Origin: Takakia lepidozioides
Lineage: Eukaryota; Plantae; Bryophyta
Assembly (NCBI GenBank): GCA_030704615.1
Contig: CM060734.1
Location: forward strand, 3,100,001 to 3,164,000
Reading direction: 5' to 3'
Length of the DNA: 64,000 bases
The position numbers and the translations under genes are program-made. The notes below the pieces were generated by a model. The model made no database searches, was not told the origin of the DNA, and saw only the letters and a list, made by a program, of their open reading frames with translations. Below are positions 26,870 to 39,153 of this stretch, in pieces. The first letter of the stretch is position 1. Every line of letters starts with the position of its first letter.

Positions 26870-27212
26870 CAAGAACACAATGCTGCTGATCCGAGCTCCT
26901 GTCGACTTGGTCATTCCTGCTTTTTCTCAACGTGTAATTCCTTCCGGTCTAGCTTTTGCTTGCCCCCAAGGCCATTACATCGAGGTGGAGGGTTGGAAGA
27001 AGCTGACATTGCAAAAACATTGTCTGATTGCATTTGGAGTTATTGATAGAGGTTTCAAGGATGAAGTGAGACTGTTGGTGGCTAATCCTGAGCGTATTGG
27101 CATTACCATTCGTAAGGGGCAAGTCTTAGCTGGGCTGTCTGCCTCATCTTTATCTGAGTTGGCTTCTGTTCATAAAGGTCTCTCCTTCCACGACAGAGGT
27201 CTGGTGGATTCC
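26870..27212 (+). CDS. dUTPase-like domain in pol of Gypsy element 1, between protease and RT
   Basis: LLIRAPVDLVIPAFSQRVIPSGLAFACPQGHYIEVEGWKKLTLQKHCLIAFGVIDRGFKDEVRLLVANPERIGITIRKGQVLAGL follows the trimeric dUTPase pattern: motif 3 GVIDxDYxG appears as GVIDRGFKD and motif 4 KGDRIAQL as KGQVLAGL. Confidence 0.8.
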
Positions 27213-29704
27213 CCTCTTGACCAACTACAAGCCTTTGCTGCTAATATCGGGCCTGCTGTCAGTCTTCCCTTGACCTCACATCAATAGCTACATTATCAGC
27301 AGATTTTGCAAGACATCACGGTTGGAGAGCATCTCACACCTCAGCAGACCAGCCAACTCCATGACTTCCTCCGTAATAATCTGGATATCTTTAGCAAGGG
27401 CCCTCATGACCTTGGTCGCACGACCATCCTGGACAAGTAGGTAAGCCTATCAAACAGTATGCCTACCGAGAGAGTGTGCGAGAAAGAAAGGTTATTCAAG
27501 AAGAGATTACCAAAATGTTGGACGCATGTGTTATCACACCCTCAATCTCGCCTTGGGCTAGTCCCATTGTCTTGGTAGGGAAAAAAGATGGTTCAACTCG
27601 CTTCTGTGTTGATTTTAGACGTCTGAATGCTCTCACTAAAAAGGATGTGTATCCCTTGCCTCGTATTAATGAGACTCTTGACCAATTGAATGGAGCTACT
27701 ATATTCTCGTCATTAGATCTAGCAGCTGGATTCTGGCAGGTGCCCTTGACTTCGGCAGCCAAAGAGAAAACGACCTTTACCTGTCGCATGGGCATGTATC
27801 AGTTCGAAACTATGCCTTTTGGATTATGCAATGCTACTGCCACCTTTCAGGGGCTCATGGATGTTGTGCTTGGCAATCTTCGCTGGGAATGTGCCTTAGT
27901 TTACATAGATGATATTAATATCTATTCCACTACATTTGATGCTCACTTGTTGGACTTACAACGGGTGGTGTGCAGACTTCGGGCTGCAGGCCTAGTCAAA
28001 GCCAAGAAGTGTGACTACTTCCTCATAGGTAGCCAATTGAAAATTGAAGTCAGGATCCATGAGAGGAAGATCACGAGGGCTTCCACTTTCTTCTCATCTA
28101 CACTAACCTGCTGATTGTGTGGCCATGAGTGTTGTAGGCATGGATGAACCTATTTACGATGCTCTACTCCACAGGTGCAAAACCGGCACCCACCTTAGTG
28201 GCAAATCCAGACTCCTCGTGAGGCAAGTGAACTATCATTTACCCACCCACCGGGAAAGTGAAGGGAGGTTGTTCAGAGTGAATGCATTGAAATGTGATCT
28301 TGTTGTGGTCCGTTGTCCGTGCCTTGCTAGAATTGTACCATGCTTCTACTTATGCTGGTCATTTAGGGGTTACCAAAATTGTGAAAAGGCTCCAAGAACA
28401 TTATCACTAGAAAGGTTTAGTTAAGGACGTTTCAGCTTTCATTGCAAGGTGTGTACCTGTCATGCCAAAACCATCATGCCTCGGACCAAAGCACCACTCC
28501 CTTTGCAGCCTATCCCGTTTACTGGGCTTTTTGCCCGGGTGGGCTTAGATCTTGTTGGACCCCTCAAACCTATGTCTAAGGGCCATGCATACCTTGCTGT
28601 TGCTACGGATTACCTGACTAAATGGGTTGAGCTCCAACCCCTGGTCGCTAAGGACAGTGATGAGGTGGTACAATTCTTCTTTGATAAGGTGATTCTCCGC
28701 CATGGTTGCCCTCTTGAGATCCTCACGGATCAATGTACAGAATTCTGCAACCAGCTTATGGAGATTGTATTGTTCAATCTAAAAACTCAACATGCCGTGA
28801 CTGTGTCTTATAACCCCCAGTCCAATGGCTTGACTGAGCGTTTTAACAAGACAATGTGCCAGATGCTTGAGAAAAATGGGTCACTCATAGATGAATGAGA
28901 CATTGATGTGTTTATCCTGCTATTTACCTATCGAACCTCTATGCATGCCAGTACCCAAATTTCTTTTTGAACTTTTGTATGGTAGGAAATGTAGAACTCC
29001 TTTGCATATCTCCTGGCTGCACGTCTCCGCAACTGAGCCTGAAAATTGGGAAGTCTTTTTGCTTTCCATGGATGCTAGACGACGTAGTTTGCGTGAAACA
29101 GCTAAATCTAACATTGTGTTTGCCCAAGCTGCTCAGGCCAATAATTATAACATGCGTGTCGTGTATTCTGAGTCATTCAAGATAGGCCAGTCCGTTTGTG
29201 TAAGGCTCCAGCCTAGTAAGTAGGTCTCTAAGACCAAGCGTCGGATTGACTGCCCTTACCTGATCTCTGATATTCTTCTTGGCAGACAGTATGTCTTGCT
29301 TCCCCAACATGCTTCTACCCCTCACTTAGCTAGCTCCATTCATGTTTTATTACTTGTTCCATGCACTCTTACTTTTGATATAACTTGTTTGAATGTTGAG
29401 AACCGCCAGGTGATTTTCACCCCTACAGCTCGGACAGCTTGTGATCAGGCCCTGACATCTTCTTCTTTAGTGTAGTTCTACATTTCATGCTAGTTTTCTA
29501 TACCATTTGTAGCACTTAGGGTTTTTCCTATGGGATGTTTTGTCCTCCACCCAGCTTGCAGGGTGACGTTTCCTCCCTAGGTTTTCTCGTCCCCTGTGTG
29601 CCAGGTGTATAGTTTGTTTTGGCTAGGCTTCGTTTTTTTGTTCTTCCTGAGCTCATCGCTCGCAGGAGCTCGCAGTTTCTAGTGGCCCCAGTAGGCTTCA
29701 CATA

Positions 29705-30226
29705 TGTGGAGCTAGAATTCTTTCTCACCTGTTTTTTCGACTTGGATAAACGGAGGAGGGATGAGCTCTAGATGATTTAGGGATGGACGGAACCATGATG
29801 AAGTCTGGATGAACTTACACCTTACGCATGAGGATGAGCTGGCAACAGCTTATGACTTTATTAGGTGCTGTCTTATTCTAACATCTAGTTTAGGATTAGA
29901 TTAGGATGGATCTGGGTGATCTGGCTTCTTTCTATGGCTATGCTGGAAGGGCATCTGGCTGACCTATATGTAAGTGCCACGCGCCACTATGATTAGATTA
30001 CGACCTAATACTATTTAAGCTCACGGCAGTGGAGGTGGTGGCTTTCGGATCTTACGCGAGTAAAGGTGTGCTTGAATGTGTTGATGAATGTGTTTTGGAT
30101 GTTCGACTCTGTTGCGTCCTCTTCGTGAGATTCCGTCTTCTCTGCAAGGCCATCTATCGACTACATCCCCTTTGATAGGATTAAGTCCGGTAGAGGAAGG
30201 GGAACAAACCCATAGCACCGGAATCA
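29705..30226 (+). repeat. 3' LTR of Gypsy element 1
   Basis: tgtggagct...ggaatca, direct repeat of 23311-23848. Confidence 0.85.
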
Positions 30227-30828
30227 GGCTTCACAAGACTGCCTAATTAAGAAGATAAAAGAAAAAGAAAAAGAAACCTAAACTGCGGCATAATTAAACC
30301 TAATTAGACTAACTAAGGACAACGATTGGAAGAATGAAGCTCTTCTCTATTCATCCATCTTCATGACCCGCCACATCCATCTTTTCTCATCCAACTACGT
30401 TCGCTTGCACCCGTGATTGAATCCCGGGCAGCGTGGGAATGCTTGTCTCGCACGCAAGCGGGGGAAGTCTGGCTGCGTCTTGTCGGCCATGGAAGCTTCA
30501 CCTGCGCCTGCGTGCAGGCCTGATCGGGGATGATAAGCCGAGCACCGATGTTCATCTTATCATACTGAGGATCGTTGTGCTCGGTGTTGGAATCTAAGTG
30601 AGCTCCCGTTCATCGAAAATTTCAGCATTGCAGGGGGACTCCCGGGCTATCACCGACATTTTCTCTCGACCGGTTTTGAATTACCGAAAAATGAACTCTC
30701 CAGAAAGTCGTATTGAAACTCTATAAAACGATTGTGCTGTGCAATCCATATCCGCCTTACTTTCACTGAATTCCTGGTCGCTTTCTTCTAGTCGTCTCCT
30801 TTTTAACATCAATACTTCAGTGTTGGAA

Positions 30829-33800
30829 ATGTTGGCGCTGTGCAAGACGCCAATGGCACTATCTTCTTCTCAGGTTGCAGGATTGTTTTTTCGCAATGCG
30901 CCGTTATCGAGAATATCAGCGCTGGCAGCCCCGACGTCTAGCAGAATTCAGCAACAGATGCTGAGGGACCGACTGTGGACGCAGTTCCATGGCTCGAAGA
31001 TTAATGATTCGAAGATTTTCTTACCACAAAAGACAAGTATAAGCTCTTCCTGCAAGGCTAGAGGTCGCTTCATGCATGGACTGGCTGTTGCATATGCCGG
31101 CAGTGACGTTGCGGGTCTGTATGATCTCACAGTCGGCCAGATTAAGAAGGTATAATTCCCTGGTGCTGAATTGAAGAAGGATTCAATTGGTCTGATTCGA
31201 TTTTCTTGGTTAGTATGCTCTCATGCTATCTTTTGCAGTACTCTTTTGCTCATTTTAGAGAAACGATGGCCAACTGCATTGCCAGCTCGACGTAGCCTGA
31301 TTTTCCTACTTCATCTCTGTCTTTATCAGAACTTCCCCAAGGTATTGTGACCTGGAATGTCAGTGGAATTCCAGGCCCAAAACGGACTAATTGTGGATGC
31401 GGAGAGGACGCGATATTCCTCAGTCATGCAACCCATACACACTGTGAGAGATAAGCCGGTTTAGACCGGCAAACGATTTATTGGCTACGATAACTAGGGT
31501 TCTCCTTCAAGCAGTGGCCAAACTCTTGCTTTGGCACCAAATTTTGATTTCCTATAAAGACTACTACAACAGCTCTCTTGTATACATGCATTGAGACCTT
31601 CTTTACGTACTGGTAGGTTCTGGATGCTGGGAACGTTGATTACCGGGACTGTTTGGAGAGACGTGAATTGGTCGAGCGATTGAAGGAGACTGAGAATTTC
31701 ATCCCGCCTGCAGCTCAGAAGCTTTTACAACAGTATCTGCATGGCGAAGATCCGGAACTCCTTTCTTCAGATTCAAGTGAAGTTGGAAATCCTGGTCGTA
31801 GTGAAGGTGAGAGTCACTTGTTTTCTCCATTCTACCCCGTACATTTGTACACATATCCTATCAAGGTTCATGCCAACTCTTCAAGAATCCACAGCATAGC
31901 TGCTGGTTTTCTTCCAGGTGCATTAAATTGTTAGTCAACTCAGCTTGTCATTGGGTTTGAGGTTAGTACCACAGTTTAGCACACCAATATCCAGACAGGT
32001 TGCATAGAAAGAAGGTTATTGTCTGTCTGAGATTTTGCATTGTTTCCCATGGCATGTAGACTGGTGGATGGAATCTGAGCGCAATACAGTGAAGTTATTT
32101 CAAGACTGCAGCCCCTCAGTAGCCAACATCACAACCTCACGACTTGAAGGCATAACAATGAATCCTGTTGATATGCCTCAGGGCACTGGGAGTGCATTTG
32201 TGTGGGACAATCAGGGCCACATTGTAACAAACTTCCATGTTATCATGGCTGGACCTCGAGCACGTATCACCCTCGCAGATGCCAGCACCTGGGATGGGGA
32301 AGTTGTGGGAGTGGCCAAAAACAAGGACCTTGCAGTTCTTAAGATTGCAGCCCCAGCATCACAATTGAAACCAATCACTCTCGGCGCATCTCAGGTTTCT
32401 GATCCCTACTCTTTTTCGGATATTTGCACTGTTTTTATGAATGAATGATGAAAGCCTATGACATTTGATATGGATAATTTCTAAGCGAGTCACTGCAGTT
32501 GCAAGTGTGTCCCCAACTAGGCTACACAACTTTTTTGCAAAAGGAAGGATTGTTGCTGACCTTAGTTGAAGAGCACAAATGGACTTTAGTTTATCATGTG
32601 GTACAAGGCCCATGGCAGCTTAACTGACTTTATGCAGTGTAGTTGTTTTTGCACATGCCAATTGGCAGTAGCTGTAATTTTCTCCTCGTTTACTTTATGT
32701 AACCTTTGCAGCAATTGCTGAGATATCTCTGCAGGTGCAGCCAAGCAATCAGAATCGTTGACGTGCCAAAATGCTGGGAAAACTTTGTCTGTTGTGGGGT
32801 AGTGTCTTGGTTGAAGCCTAACAACACAAATTGTTCTTATACTGCTTCACCTGCAGGCACTGCAAGTTGGCCAGCATGCGTTGGCAATAGGAAACCCTTT
32901 TGGTTTGGATCGGACACTGACAAGCGGCATCATCTCCGGTGTTGGCCGAGACATCCGCTCAATAGGAGGTGCCATGATTCGAGGAGTAATTCAAACTGAT
33001 GCGTCCATCAATCCCGGAAATTCTGGGGGTCCCCTGCTAGACAGCCAGGGACGTTTGATAGGCGTAAACACAGCGATTGCAAGTGCAGGAGTGGGTTTTG
33101 CCATCCCTGTTGACACAGTGCGCAGAGTAGTCAATGAGCTAATCAGAAAGGGGAGGGTGGTGAGACCAGGGCTTGGCATCATCTGTGCCAGTGATAATCA
33201 AGCGAGACAACTTGGTGTTGATGGGGCGCTGGTTCTGGGGGTTACTGAGGGCGGTGCTGCTGCCAAAGCTGGCATACGGGGTGAGCATTGTTGACTGATT
33301 GCATTGAAATGGGTTTGGCATTTTATTTTGTAGCTTCCCGTTTATCATCCCCACACAAAGTTGGATTCCAGAATGTCAAGATTGCGTAGTAGTCCTCGTG
33401 AGGCAACCAGTTTAGGGAAGTTAATTTTAACAAGCTTTTGTTCAGAGATCCACATCTGGTGTCTGTGCTATGTCCTCTTGCTGACTCAGTTTTATTTCTA
33501 CTCTGTTTTAATGTGATCATGATGAATGCAGCTACCAAACGGGATGACTACGGGAGATTAGTACTGGGAGATGTCGTTTACGCTGTCAATGGCATGGTCT
33601 GTATCCCTTCTCTATTCTACGAATAAACATAGTCCACAGTTGGAGCAATTAGCATTCACTGGCCGACTTTTATGTGGAGTTATGGAAGTTACTGTAGCAT
33701 AAAGAGGAGGTCCCTTTACTTGGAGTTCCCTCTGCTTTGTTACCTTAATAGAGTTTACAAGTGTGCTTACTTTTTGGAATACTTGTGCAGTCTGTCAGTT

Positions 33801-34201
33801 CTGTTGAGGACCTTCTGGCTACATTTGATGAACGTGAAATCGGAGAAATAGTGCGGGTAAGAGATATTCACCCCCGCATAGGTTTTAATTACCTGACTTG
33901 ACTGGAATAGTCCTTTTTTTAATCTCTTGCACATAGCACCACACCAGACTGACCTGGGGTTCAGAGAGACAGGCTCTCTCTCTTCTGATGAGTGGACTCT
34001 TCAGTGTTATACAAGTCTACATCTTTCAAAGACCAACAGAGAGGAATTGTGTATGGCTGTCTATGCTGGCAAATGAGCTTCAGCATAAATCATAGGCTCC
34101 AAGCTAATTGAGGTGGGGCATCATCACTTCTGCAGATCACAATCAGCCGCAGCGGCAACAGTCGGGATGTTTATGCCACACTTCAAGAGATCAATGAGTA
34201 G
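30829..34201 (+). CDS. Deg/HtrA serine protease (DEG1/DEG8 group) with transit peptide, N-terminal SAP/HeH-like module and C-terminal PDZ; 7 exons, ~488 aa
   Basis: Exons 30829-31149, 31617-31806, 32060-32394, 32857-33280, 33532-33596, 33791-33856, 34136-34201 join in frame. Catalytic triad: TNFHV (His), KDLAVL (Asp), [11 protein letters not shown] (Ser). PDZ includes RPGLGI...AAKAGIR...LVLGDVV. The N-terminus is Ser/Arg-rich. Confidence 0.92.
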
Positions 34202-36207
34202 TTGTAGCAAGTCACATTGTTGGGGCCCTGGGTTATTTGTACATTGATCAACTCAGGCCAACACCACCTGTACCTATACCTTCATAAAGGACTAGCAGAG
34301 AGGGATCAAATACACTTGAGGGATTGCATGTCAATCAACATCTTCAGTGATTGGACTTGAGGAAAGGCTGGGCCAAACAACTTCGATGTAAGGTTTGAAG
34401 AAGCCTGTAATGTTATATCTTCCCCAAATGACTATGTCGATAATTGTCTCTCAGAATAGAAATTGTGCTTGCATTTTGTCAAGAAATAAACTCATCAACT
34501 GCAAAATATGCTTACAAATATGCATACATAGTTCTCCAAACATCCCAATGGATAGCACAACTTTCTGCCAGCTAGTAACAGGAGAATGAAAATGTACAGT
34601 TAACTCAAACGCAGACAAGGAGATGGAAGGATGTTGGAAGACGGTGGTTTACTTGGGGCGGAAGGGTTGGTTGGTACTGTGCTGATCCGCCCGACATGAC
34701 TTGAGGGATGTACTGTAAGTAAGCAGAACCAAGTGTATTGCGTGCATTGAATGGTTTCCGGCTGCCGATGAAGAATATATACAACCTAGTAGTAGAGAGT
34801 AGTTAAGATAAAATTGCAGGGCGCCATGGGCCCCGCTTCTACCTGGAGACAAGTCTATCGGATCATAGACTTGAAGCACAAGGCGTGGCGTACGAGTTAC
34901 TACTGATCCACGGGTGAGGTCTGTAGTCCCCTTGCTTATTACATGCGCTGTAAAGACTGTTGATATGACGACGAACCGACGAGGTTTTATGCAGACTTGT
35001 ATTATTATTATGTCATGCTCTCCGTATTGAAGGCTAAATTTTCTGGTATTTTGACTTGCAAATCAAAAAGAAAGGAAGAAGAGAGACAGAGAGAGAGAGA
35101 GAGAGTGAGAAAACTCCGGTCGAAGTTTGACATATGGACCCCTATCTTCTCAGACAGTCACAATTTGCAATGAAGGAATACATCATACCAATCTAAAGTG
35201 TTGTCTAAGAGAGTACTGTTCGTGAACAGTCAAGCACATTACAGGCCAGGAACACAAGCAGTCCATGGCCATCCAGAACTTGACTACCTGGTTGCTGCAT
35301 ATTTTTCCAACATAGAACATTCCGGTTTCCCCCGAACAAGCTTGAGACAGTTAGAGCATCAAAACACGCGTGGGAGTATTTTCCAGGGCACCTTTTTGCG
35401 GTAGTGATCCCAATACTTACCGTACCTGCACACACGGTTAAAGTACTTTAAGAATCTAGCCTTTGATTTTACTTGGGGAAGTTTTGACAGTTAAGATTAA
35501 AAGCAATCAGATTGTCCCTTCACATTGTCCCTGTTCTATGCATTATATTTTCTTTATAATCCTTACATTAGTCTGACTGACAGTGAATCTGTCTCCATTG
35601 CTGTGTTTCTCTATTTAGTTGTCTATACCCCTTGTCCCTGTATAGCAATGTCTAGCTAGAATAATAAATTGAAAAAGCAATCTTTCTCCCCCTGCCTTGG
35701 GACTTTCCTGACAGAAACATTCAAACTTACAATATTGCTGACAGCAAGGGCAAGTGGGCAACAGATTATCTCAGTCAGATATCAGTCCAGATCTGGCTAC
35801 CTTACTTGGCTATAGGTGCTCCACCTATTATCTGCTATGATAACAACCAAGCTCATCTAAATTCAATAGGAAATGAGAACAAGTCCAATGGAGCCTGAGT
35901 ATACTTGAGTTTGCATCTTCTGTCATCCCGATTGGCACGGTCCACCAGCAGAATGGTTAAGAAGATTGTGTAGAAGTATGGCAACACCTGTATTCCCATG
36001 TCACTAGGTATTAGTCTGCACAGCCCCACCCTAAACCATTGAAGATAATCCACTGATACCTATGGCAAGTCTAATGGTGATCCTATATTAGGCCACCCCA
36101 TCCCCCAGACCCATAGCACAATGTTATGGCAAGCCTGACTAGGCCCATGACTAGGCCTCTCAGAATGAATAATAGTGGGGATGAATGACACATGTCTGCT
36201 TAAAAAG

Positions 36208-38058
36208 AGAAATGAAATGAAATGAAATGGTGCTTTATAACGTCCACGGAAAGCTCATAGAGCTTATGGGACAAAATGGAAGAAAACATGAGAGAGGAAC
36301 AAATCCAGAAACCAAGAATAACAATTAATGTTCTAGCGATTGTCTAAGGGTGAAGGCCTCATGCAGGTAGGCTGCCAAGCATTTTTTATCCTCATAGTGG
36401 AAGACATCAGTGAGAGTTTGGGTTCCACTGAATAAACAGTGGAATCTCCCACGGATCTCGTAGTATAGAGGGCAGTAGAAGAAGAAGTGACTTCAGTTTC
36501 AATTTCCTGGCTGCGCCCTATGCAAGCTGGACATAGGCGGTCCTCCCGTTCCCATCTGCCAGTCTCTATCCGTAGGTTGTGGGAACCCACCCTGAACCGC
36601 CCCAATGCCCTCAGGAGGGAAGGAGATAAGGATGCTGAAAGGTAATTTGGTCTCAAGATTCTATCATCGCGGAGCACCAAGAATGTGTCTCGATAGAAGT
36701 GTGAGATTGGTTAGCTTCCAAGTTCTCTTGACATGTAATTCCATAAGCTCTCTCCTAATGAGTCTGTTGCGGTCATGTCTGGATGTGATGTCCACCTCAT
36801 CTGGATTCATTGGTAATAGGAAAGCAGTAGAGAGTCCGTTGCGTTGAAATAAACTGTCCACTCGAGCATACCAGGAGTTCCTGAAACCTGCAGCTTTGAG
36901 CCTCATAGATGCTGAGAGGGCCCTTGCCACGAGCCCCTTGGGTGGAAGGGCCTGTAATCTATGGAGAAAGATTGTAAGCCGGAAGAGGGCCTCGGATTGC
37001 AATGGTACACATGCGAACTCTGCACCTAGGATCTGAGATAGAGTTGTGCTCCTGGCGCCAAGCATTGCTTGGAGAAAAGATGACTGTAATGGTTCCAGAT
37101 TCTTTTCCCACCAGGAGACAGGGACACCAGGTGCCCAGAACTCACAACCATAGATGGTAGCAGGGCTGACGATGGTGTCAACAGCCACTTTTTGGTTGGG
37201 GGATGACGCAGATGTATTTGCTTGCATTTGGCCTGAAGGCGGACGGAGGCCGCCTTACCTTTAGTCAATCTGTCCAGGGCAGTGGCTGCAAAGTGAAACT
37301 TGGGGGAGTGGATAACCAGACCCAGGTACCAGTATGATTTCACAATCTCAATTTCCTGCTGATTGAAGATGAATCTACGATCAGCCTGGCCATTGAAGAC
37401 CATGATCTTGGTCTTGCTAAGATTGACTTGCATCCCATAGTCTTTGCAGAACTGTTCCAAAATTTTGAGACGGCATTGCAGGAAGACCGGGGATTGTGCC
37501 AAAAGGGCAACATCATCAGCGTAGAGGAGATCTGATTGTGTTGGTCCCCCATCCAATGGTACCCCAACCCCATGGTTTTTTTATATGTAATTCTCCAAGG
37601 CGTCAATGTAGATCCCGAAAAGGGTAGGTGAAAGGGGGCAGCCCTGTTTGACTCCAATGTCGCTGTGGACCTCGGCTGAAAATTCACCAGCGATATTGAC
37701 CATGCCAGTGACAATCTCATACATAGAAGAGATGGCACAAAGGATGTCTGGAGGGACTTCCACTCTATGGAGCCGTTGGAAGAGAAGGTCCCGAGGAACT
37801 GAATCAAAGGCTTTGTGAAAGTCCACGAAGCAAACATAGACCATTCTTTTGTCATAGCGTGCACTTTCCACCATAACCTGAAGAGTGAAGATGTGGTCAA
37901 TAGTGGATCTTTTGCGACGGAAACCAGCCTGTCCCTCAGCACGAATGCGAGAGGACTCAGCCCAATCATCCAGTTCCATGGCCAGTACTGCCCCAAACAG
38001 TTTAGCAAGTAACGAGGACACCATGATAGTACGATAGTTGGTCGGTGCGAGCCTGTCA
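36208..38058 (-). mobile_element. 5'-truncated non-LTR retrotransposon (RTE/RTE-X-like LINE) in a DWF5 intron, frameshifted, with a (TTTCA)n 3' tail
   Basis: RT motifs: PTNYRTI, QAGFRRKRSTIDHIFTL, FVDFHKAFDSVPR, GVKQGCPLSPTLF, LLYADD, YLG. C-terminus RFRVGSHNLRIETGRW...RLCPAC...HFFFYCPLY. The 3' end is (aaatg)x4 at ~36210-36229 on +. Clade is inferred. Confidence 0.9.
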
Positions 38059-39153
38059 AAGAATTTCAAAGAGAGAAATTCTGCAAATCAAATAGGTTGA
38101 GATGCAGGGTCCATACATGTTCGAAAAGGGCAGGGACACTCCAGAAGAAGGCTGCCCCAATCTCAGGTGCGTAGTGAAAGTGACGTGCCAAAGCCCACCT
38201 GCCAATGCCCCCATTACGTTACAGGAGTGCATTAGTTGGAGTTGCACCCGCCCCCATAAGGAATCCTCAGTAAGGAACTGTCATAGCTCTCACTGCAAGC
38301 ATGTCTCATCTGCAAAGTATGAGCTTCATCAGGTTGGGAAGCAAAGAAAGAGAGAAATGCATTTATGGTACAATAATATCAACTTCAAACCAGAAGATTT
38401 AATGCTTCCTTCCAATCAACCTACTTGACAAATCAGGGAGATGTATACCAGCCAGATAGAAGTAGAAGGCTTTCTCTGCCTCTCCGTGCTCTGTCACATA
38501 GTGTGCGTGAATCTGTTCATAAAGTCACACAAAACAGCATTTACTGAGCATCACCTTGTTTTCGTGTCTTAAGGGAAGACACATAATCTCCTATCAGCAT
38601 GATGAACTATGAACGCACAAAGAAAATGAACCACAGAATTAACAGAACAGAGGGGCCCCCAACAACCAGCACCACAACCATAAAACTACAATTCAACCTA
38701 AGAGATTTCCTGATCTGGAGAGCCTGTGTGAATATGCCGCAAGGCATCTCTGATCTTTGTAATTACACCTTCTGTCAAGGAGAAGTTGATCCTAACAAGG
38801 AAAAAGTAGCTAGACCTTACTGCTTTGCAAAAGAAAAACAGTCCTCATCTCCAGCCTGCCCTGTGTAGTGAAACATGACAGAGTTGTTCAGTTGCTGCAG
38901 CCTGTCCCATCTCCCAATCTAGATATTGAGATTATCGAATCCCACCTTGAACCCTCCCCCTTAGAAGACATGGAGAGAAGACCTAGTCAAGTAGTTGGGC
39001 TCTAAGATTATGTTATCTCGGAGGACCCTAACGAACTTAGTTCATAACTGGGGGAGAGGGGGTGGGCTGCACAGACTGACAAGTAGACACAAAAACAGAG
39101 ACATGGAGATAGCTGATTGTGTGACTGGAAAGGGGGGGGGTGGGGGACATCAG

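Larger units (their letters stand above)
23311..30226 (+). mobile_element. Ty3/Gypsy LTR retrotransposon (degenerate): extra ORF - gag - protease - dUTPase-like - RT - (RNase H deleted) - integrase
   Basis: Direct repeats 23311-23848 and 29705-30226 (TG...CA) and a tRNA-Ala PBS. Gag knuckle CMVCKSKEHYTRFC (~26073), protease MIDTG (~26367), RT SPWASPIVLVGKKDGSTRFCVDFR...YIDD, integrase GHLG...C..C, GLDLVGP, TDQ, NGLTERFN. Multiple stops and frameshifts. Confidence 0.93.
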
